11,283 bases of DNA from Candidatus Fraserbacteria bacterium (lineage in GTDB: Bacteria; Bipolaricaulota; Bipolaricaulia; RBG-16-55-9; JANLFV01): assembly GCA_037446135.1 (NCBI GenBank), contig JBBIJD010000046.1, positions 1 through 11,283 of the forward strand. The letters run 5' to 3'. Below the pieces are notes generated by a model. The model searched no databases, was not told the DNA's origin, and saw only the letters and a list, made by a program, of their open reading frames with translations. Below, piece by piece: positions 6,923 through 11,283 of the stretch; the first letter of the stretch is position 1; each line of letters opens with the position of its first letter. The position numbers were made by a program, and so were the translations under genes.

Positions 6923-7510
6923 ATGATCGACACTATTACGGGAGAACTGCTCGAACTCGGCGAGGGCTATGTAGTGATCGAGGCTAATGGGATCGGCTAT
7001 CGGATCTTCATCACTAAAATAGCGCGGGCGGAGCTGGCCGCGGCCGACGGCCCGGTCCGGCTCTTCACCCACCTCCAATGGCGTGAGGACGGTCTGGAGC
7101 TTTACGGCTTCACTCGCGCGGAGGAGCGGGAGCTCTTCCGACTGCTCCTCGGTGTGACGGGGATCGGGCCACGCATAGCTCTGCAGGTCCTTTCGGCAAT
7201 GACGCCAGGGCAGTTTTGCAGGGCGGTCTTGAACAAGCAAGCCGAGGAACTCCAGCGGATCAAGGGGATCGGGCGGAAGACCGCCGAGCGGCTGATCCTG
7301 GAGCTTCGCGAGAGGCTCCCGAAGATCACACTTACTGAGGAGCCGGTGGCCATCCTCTCCGAGCGGGAGGAGTTAGCCTTCCGGGCTCTACGCGCGCTCG
7401 GTTTCACTGCGACTGAGGCGCGCCGGGCGGTCGAGCGGGCCCAGGCTCAGGGTGAGGCCCGCTCCACTGAGGAACTGATCAAGCGTGCTTTGGAGCTGGT
7501 CAGAACCTAA
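6923..7510 (+). CDS. ruvA: Holliday junction branch migration protein RuvA
   Basis: MIDTITG, VIEANGIGY, REDGLELYGF, ERELFRLLLGVTGIGPRIAL, LQRIKGIGRKTAERLILEL (HhH motifs), and domain III ALRALGF...TEELIKRAL. Confidence 0.96.
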   Translation: MIDTITGELLELGEGYVVIEANGIGYRIFITKIARAELAAADGPVRLFTHLQWREDGLELYGFTRAEERELFRLLLGVTGIGPRIALQVLSAMTPGQFCRAVLNKQAEELQRIKGIGRKTAERLILELRERLPKITLTEEPVAILSEREELAFRALRALGFTATEARRAVERAQAQGEARSTEELIKRALELVRT

Positions 7511-7527
7511 CAGCTCCGCCCTTCTCC

Positions 7528-7556
7528 TTGACAGATGGGTGACTTCCCCTTACGCT
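7528..7556 (+). promoter_or_regulatory. Sigma70-type promoter upstream of the 87-aa ORF
   Basis: Consensus TTGACA (7528-7533), 17 nt, TACGCT (7551-7556). Strong SD GAGGAGGAGGT (7583-7593) precedes the ATG at 7600. Confidence 0.65.
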
Positions 7557-7582
7557 GGCTTCAGCGAATAGCTGGCTTTTTT
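7557..7582 (+). terminator. Weak hairpin plus T6, possible terminator for yigZ-ruvA
   Basis: CAGC-GAATA-GCTG core, extendable with G-U pairs or a bulge, followed by TTTTTT (7577-7582). Confidence 0.3.
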
Positions 7583-7599
7583 GAGGAGGAGGTCTGATC

Positions 7600-7863
7600 A
7601 TGTCGATGATTGCTTCAGCGAGCAAGCCAAGGAGTGTAATGAGCAGCTCACTAAGTGGCGGTATTCTCAAGATTCACTCGGGACCATTCGCAACAGGTAA
7701 AGATGATCCAATCAGTTGCAACCAAGAGATCATCGATTTCTACTGGACTGGGCAGAAGGTCTGGAACAACGATGGTGATGAAGCCTGGCTCTATCGGCCC
7801 GACGGCAGCGTGGCTTACTATTACTACTATCCGCTGCTGGACAGAGCGCCGGGAATTCGGTAA
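7600..7863 (+). pseudogene. Partial lamin-tail-domain (LTD) ORF, 87 aa; only the C-terminal half of the domain is recognisable
   Basis: GILKIHSG...FYWTGQKVWNNDGDEAWLYRPDGSV...Y matches the C-terminal half of bacterial LTDs (V.VHSG...LYW....VWNN.GD.A.L.D..G). The N-terminal E.V.I.N...VDLSGW.L.D strands are absent. GC is lower than in the flanks. Confidence 0.62.
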
Positions 7864-7866
7864 ACT
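7838..7866 (+). promoter_or_regulatory. Possible promoter for the 56-aa ORF
   Basis: TGGACA (7838-7843), 17 nt, TAAACT (7861-7866). The ATG is at 7884. Confidence 0.45.
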
Positions 7867-7883
7867 GCGTCGACAATCTAGGG

Positions 7884-8054
7884 ATGGATCACTTGAATTT
7901 ACTGAATGGTTATCTGGGGCTTGGGGTCTTTTCTTTTTTGAATCAGACGCTGCGGAACTTCTTCCTCACCCGCTCCCTCATTGCCGCGGTCGTGCTTGCC
8001 GTCGGCTCACGCCTCCTTCAGGGAACACGCCTCTCCTGGCTCTTCCCTAGCTGA
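7884..8054 (+). CDS. Putative small hydrophobic protein or gene remnant, 56 aa (not in the ORF track)
   Basis: ATG 7884 to TGA 8054: MDHLNLLNGYLGLGVFSFLNQTLRNFFLTRSLIAAVVLAVGSRLLQGTRLSWLFPS. It has a candidate promoter, and the second half uses host-like C/G-ending codons. Confidence 0.4.
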   Translation: MDHLNLLNGYLGLGVFSFLNQTLRNFFLTRSLIAAVVLAVGSRLLQGTRLSWLFPS

Positions 8055-8066
8055 TCGCAGCCATTG

Positions 8067-8096
8067 TTGCCCTCGGTCTAAAACGGGAGATATAAT
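8067..8096 (+). promoter_or_regulatory. Promoter for the MFS gene, probably leaderless
   Basis: TTGCCC (8067-8072), 18 nt, consensus TATAAT (8091-8096), 7 nt, ATG at 8104. Confidence 0.65.
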
Positions 8097-8103
8097 CGCC
8101 CCC

Positions 8104-9345
8104 ATGAGAGGGATTGCCGCTTACTGGCAGAGGCTCGAGGGCTTCAGTCCCAACGCCAGGTTCTACCTACTCATCACCTTCATCAGCGGACTGGCTTCCT
8201 CTATCTACTACCTCTTCTTCAACCTTTATATCCTCAGCATGGACTATGATCCCGGTTTCCTCGGACTCCTCGTGGCTCTCCCCATGGGGATGAACCTGAT
8301 CGCTGCTCTCCCGGCCGGGATAATCGGCGACCGGATTGGCTATAAGCAGGCGATGCTCTTGGGGACAGGGCTATCGCTCATTTCGGTCCCCGGGATCATC
8401 CTCTTCCCCTCGCCCGATCGGATGATCTTGTTCAGTATCGTCCAAGGGTTGGGGAATGTGCTCGCCGGGGTCGTCGGCTCCCCCTTCCTCGCCGCGAACA
8501 GCACTCAAGAGGAGCGGACACACCTCTTCAGTGTCCAGTTCGCCTTATACACCTTCTCCGGCTTCTTCGGCTACCTCCTCGGCGGGGGGCTCCCGGCCCT
8601 CTTCGCCAAACTCGTGCGAGTCGGAGCGGAAGAGCCCTTAGCCTACCGGCTGACCCTCCTAGCGAGCGTCGGCCTCGGCTCACTAGCCATCCCCCCGCTT
8701 TTGGCCATCCGTCCCCGCCTCGGCCCTAGCGTCTCGGTCAGGGCGAAGCTCCAGCTCCGGGAGGCCTTCCAGCAGCCAAGGCTACTGATGAAGCTCTTCA
8801 TCCCCGAGGTGCTCATCGGCTTCGGCGCGGGCGTGCTCATCCCCTACCTCAATGTCTTTTTCAAGCAGAGGTTTGCCATCTCCGATGCCCTCTTGGGGGC
8901 GCTCTTCTCCTTCCAGGCAGTGGTCATCGGCCTGGCGAGCCTCGCGGGGCCGGTGCTAGCCTCCAAGCTGGGAAAGATCCGTGCGGTCGTCTCCACCCAG
9001 CTCTGTTCAATCCCTTTTCTGCTATTGCTCGGCTACTTCCCGAGCCTCGGCCCGGCGACTATCGGGTTCCTCGCCAGAGCGGCATTGATGAACATGGGCG
9101 GTCCGTTGTATACCGCGTTCGTCATGGAGCAGGTCGAGGAGCGCCGCCGCGCGGCGGTGAACGGCCTCCTGATGATGAGCTGGAGCGGCTCATGGGGGGT
9201 GAGCAACTGGGTGAGCGGCCAGCTCCAGCGTGGCCCGGGCTTCCCCTTGCTCTTCGCCATCACTTGCGGGACTTATCTCCTCGGCTCGCTCTTGACCTAC
9301 CTCTTCTTCGCCCGGGCCGAGCCGAGCGCTCCCTGTCTGCCCTGA
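8104..9345 (+). CDS. MFS transporter, 413 aa
   Basis: About 12 hydrophobic segments, MFS motif A variants GIIGDRIGYK and GPVLASKLGKIR, and LARAALMNM..P. The start is placed at the ATG at 8104, because the upstream extension from 7981 is not protein-like and contains the promoter. Confidence 0.92.
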   Translation: MRGIAAYWQRLEGFSPNARFYLLITFISGLASSIYYLFFNLYILSMDYDPGFLGLLVALPMGMNLIAALPAGIIGDRIGYKQAMLLGTGLSLISVPGIILFPSPDRMILFSIVQGLGNVLAGVVGSPFLAANSTQEERTHLFSVQFALYTFSGFFGYLLGGGLPALFAKLVRVGAEEPLAYRLTLLASVGLGSLAIPPLLAIRPRLGPSVSVRAKLQLREAFQQPRLLMKLFIPEVLIGFGAGVLIPYLNVFFKQRFAISDALLGALFSFQAVVIGLASLAGPVLASKLGKIRAVVSTQLCSIPFLLLLGYFPSLGPATIGFLARAALMNMGGPLYTAFVMEQVEERRRAAVNGLLMMSWSGSWGVSNWVSGQLQRGPGFPLLFAITCGTYLLGSLLTYLFFARAEPSAPCLP

Positions 9346-9362
9346 CGAGGGCCTAGCTCTAG

Positions 9363-11138
9363 CTAGCGCCGGCTGAACCGCCTCTCTAAGTCTTCCAGGG
9401 TGTATTTGACGACGATCGGCCGGCCGTGAGGGCAGCGGTAGGGGTTTTTCAATTCCTGGAGCTGACGGACTAGGCTCTCCATCTCCTCCGGCGAGAGAGA
9501 GGTGTTCTTGGTGAGGGCCGCGGCACAGGCCAGCTCGGCTGCGACCTCCTCCACTAGCTCCCCGAACTCCGGCTCCTCCCCGGCTTCGAGGAGCGCGACG
9601 ATCTTCTCTAGCGCCTCTTGCGCCCGCTCCTTCGTCAGCCGCTCCGCTAACACCTGAGGCCATTCGCGGAGGATCAGGCTCCCACTGCCGAAGGGCTCCA
9701 GCCCGATCCCTAGCTTCCTATTCAGCAGATCGAGGTGAGCGGCCAGGAGATCCGTCTCCTCCCGGGAAAGCTCGATCGTCAGGGGGATGAGGAGCCGCTG
9801 GCGCGGAATCTCTCCCTCTCGGAGCTGGACCATGAACCTTTCATAGAGGACCTGCTCGTGGGCCACATGCTGATCGATCAGCTCGAGCCCCTCCTCCGTC
9901 TGGACGAGGATGTAAGTGTTATGGAGCTGGCCGAGGATCTTCCAAGAGGGCTTTCTCTCCTCCGGCTCCGGCTGGACTCGGGCCGGCGACTCCGGGCGGG
10001 AGGCAGCCAGCTCGGCAAGCTCCCTCTTCAGGTCGAGCCCCAATGGCTGGCTGACGAGTGGCCCGCGAAGCGAGAGCCTTCCTCGTCCTCGCCGGTGAGA
10101 AACCTCCGCTCGGGTTCGAGGCCCAGTTTCCCCGAGGCTGGGGATAACCTGGCGGGAGAGGAGCCCGGCCTCGATGGCCCGCTTCACCTCGCCCTGGACG
10201 AGCCGAGCATCAGCGAAGCGGACCTCCTCCTTCCGCGGATGGACATTGACATCGACAAGCTCCGGGGAGATCTCGATGAACAGGAATACGGGCGGGAACT
10301 TGCCACCCTTCACTAGGCCCTCATAGGCGCGAGCGATGGCGTAGTTCACGGCCTGATCGCGGACATAGCGACCATTGACGAAGATGAATTGATCCTGCCG
10401 GCCAGCTCGGGCCTCATCAGGGAGGGCGATCAGCCCGGAGACCTTTATCGAGTCCCCTTCAGCGCGGACCTCGATCAAGCGGCGGGCGAACCCCGGGCCA
10501 TAGAGCAGAGCGATCTGCTCCCGCAGATCCCTCTGCGCCGGGGCTTCGAGCGTCACTCGGCCAGCGGTCGTCAGGGAGAAATGGACCTCACGCTGGGCCA
10601 GGACGAACCGCTTCATCATCCGCAGGATGTGATAGCCTTCGGCCTGCTCGCTCCGGAGGTATTTGCGACGAGCAGGCAGGTTATAAAAGAGCTCACGGAC
10701 CTCGACCGTCGTCCCCGGCCCACGGCCACATGGCTCAATGGAAAGGACCTCTCCGCCGGCGACCTCCAGGCGGACGGCCTCCTCGCTCTCCCGCGTGCGG
10801 GTCGTGATCGTAACCTTAGCGACCTCGACGATCGAAGCGAGCGCCTCCCCACGGAAGCCGAGGGTCGTGATCCTCTCCAGGTCTTGCTCCGTAGCGATCT
10901 TGGAGGTCGTATGCCGCTTGATCGCGAGCTGGAGGTCCTCGAGGGCCATCCCCTCGCCATCATCGGAGACCGCGATCTTAACCAGGCCGCCGCTCTCGAT
11001 CGAGACCTCGATCCGCCTCGCTCCGGCGTCGAGGCTGTTCTCGACCAGCTCTTTGACCACGGAGGCGGGGCGCTCGATCACCTCCCCAGCGGCGATCTTG
11101 CTCACTATATGAGGATCGAGGACCCTGATCTTGCCCAC
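9363..11138 (-). CDS. mutL: DNA mismatch repair protein MutL (endonuclease-type C-terminus), 591 aa
   Basis: IAAGEVIERPASVVKELVENSLDAG, DDGEGM, HTTSKI, LGFRGEALASI, LFYNLPARRK, VDVNVHPRKEEVRF, DQHVAHEQVLYE, QRLLIP and CPHGRP. Confidence 0.97.
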   Translation of the reverse strand: MGKIRVLDPHIVSKIAAGEVIERPASVVKELVENSLDAGARRIEVSIESGGLVKIAVSDDGEGMALEDLQLAIKRHTTSKIATEQDLERITTLGFRGEALASIVEVAKVTITTRTRESEEAVRLEVAGGEVLSIEPCGRGPGTTVEVRELFYNLPARRKYLRSEQAEGYHILRMMKRFVLAQREVHFSLTTAGRVTLEAPAQRDLREQIALLYGPGFARRLIEVRAEGDSIKVSGLIALPDEARAGRQDQFIFVNGRYVRDQAVNYAIARAYEGLVKGGKFPPVFLFIEISPELVDVNVHPRKEEVRFADARLVQGEVKRAIEAGLLSRQVIPSLGETGPRTRAEVSHRRGRGRLSLRGPLVSQPLGLDLKRELAELAASRPESPARVQPEPEERKPSWKILGQLHNTYILVQTEEGLELIDQHVAHEQVLYERFMVQLREGEIPRQRLLIPLTIELSREETDLLAAHLDLLNRKLGIGLEPFGSGSLILREWPQVLAERLTKERAQEALEKIVALLEAGEEPEFGELVEEVAAELACAAALTKNTSLSPEEMESLVRQLQELKNPYRCPHGRPIVVKYTLEDLERRFSRR

Positions 11139-11146
11139 CGTGTATT

Positions 11147-11175
11147 AGGGTAAGGCTTCCCCACAGGAAAGGCAA
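11147..11175 (-). promoter_or_regulatory. Promoter for mutL, leaderless or near-leaderless
   Basis: On the minus strand: TTGCCT (11175-11170), 17 nt, TACCCT (11152-11147), 8 nt, GTG at 11138. There is no SD. Confidence 0.5.
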
Positions 11176-11208
11176 GTGTGGTGTGCCACAGGGTCAATGG
11201 ACTGGGGG

Positions 11209-11237
11209 TTGATCTCAGCCTGGTTTTATGCTATATT
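11209..11237 (+). promoter_or_regulatory. tRNA promoter
   Basis: TTGATC (11209-11214), 17 nt, TGn-TATATT (11232-11237), followed by GC-rich GCCGGCGC, as is typical of stable-RNA promoters. Confidence 0.7.
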
Positions 11238-11248
11238 AAAGCCGGCGC

Positions 11249-11283
11249 TCCCGGGTAGCTCAAGTGGCAGAGCGGGTGGCTGT
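11249..11283 (+). tRNA. 5' half of a tRNA with anticodon GTN, most likely tRNA-Asn(GTT); cut by the window end
   Basis: TCCCGGG (acceptor 5'), TA, GCTC-AAGTGGCA-GAGC (D arm), G, GGTGG (anticodon stem 5'), CT, GT... A 5' TCC start is typical of bacterial tRNA-Asn. The third anticodon base lies outside the window. Confidence 0.88.

Noticed and set aside
7655..8050. 131-aa ORF spanning the AT-rich patch
   Set aside because: It has no SD and no motif, and it overlaps the better-supported 7600-7863 and 7884-8054 frames.
7511..8100. AT-rich patch as an IS, MITE or CRISPR remnant
   Set aside because: No transposase or integrase fragment, terminal inverted repeats or regularly spaced repeats are visible.
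9735..11153. Plus-strand ORFs antisense to mutL (193 and 254 aa)
   Set aside because: They are mirror frames of mutL codon usage, with no motifs or expression signals.
1..11283. High frequency of GATC/CGATCG as a HIP1-like or Dam signal
   Set aside because: It is largely explained by the strong preference for ATC (Ile) codons after G-ending codons. A codon-controlled count would be needed.

Overview
This is a GC-rich bacterial chromosomal window made up mostly of housekeeping genes. In order it holds: the 3' end of a HAD-family hydrolase (+), an EamA/DMT transporter (+), a DUF355 adenosine-specific kinase-family gene followed by a Zn-dependent histone-deacetylase-family gene (+), and a convergent minus-strand operon (S41 C-terminal protease, gpsA, a membrane-anchored transglutaminase-like protein, and a 59-aa glycine-zipper protein missing from the ORF track). 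Then come yigZ-ruvA (+), an AT-richer ~550-bp patch with two small promoter-bearing ORFs (half of a lamin-tail domain and a 56-aa hydrophobic ORF), an MFS transporter (+), mutL (-), and the 5' half of a tRNA with a GTN anticodon, probably Asn. I see no mobile element, CRISPR array or recognisable defence system, and I cannot claim a new system from the sequence alone. The best leads are a CRP-like palindrome inside the promoter of the DUF355/deacetylase operon, the unannotated glycine-zipper microprotein, the small-ORF patch, apparent leaderless transcription of three genes, and altered MutL endonuclease motifs. All family assignments come from recalled motifs, not database searches.
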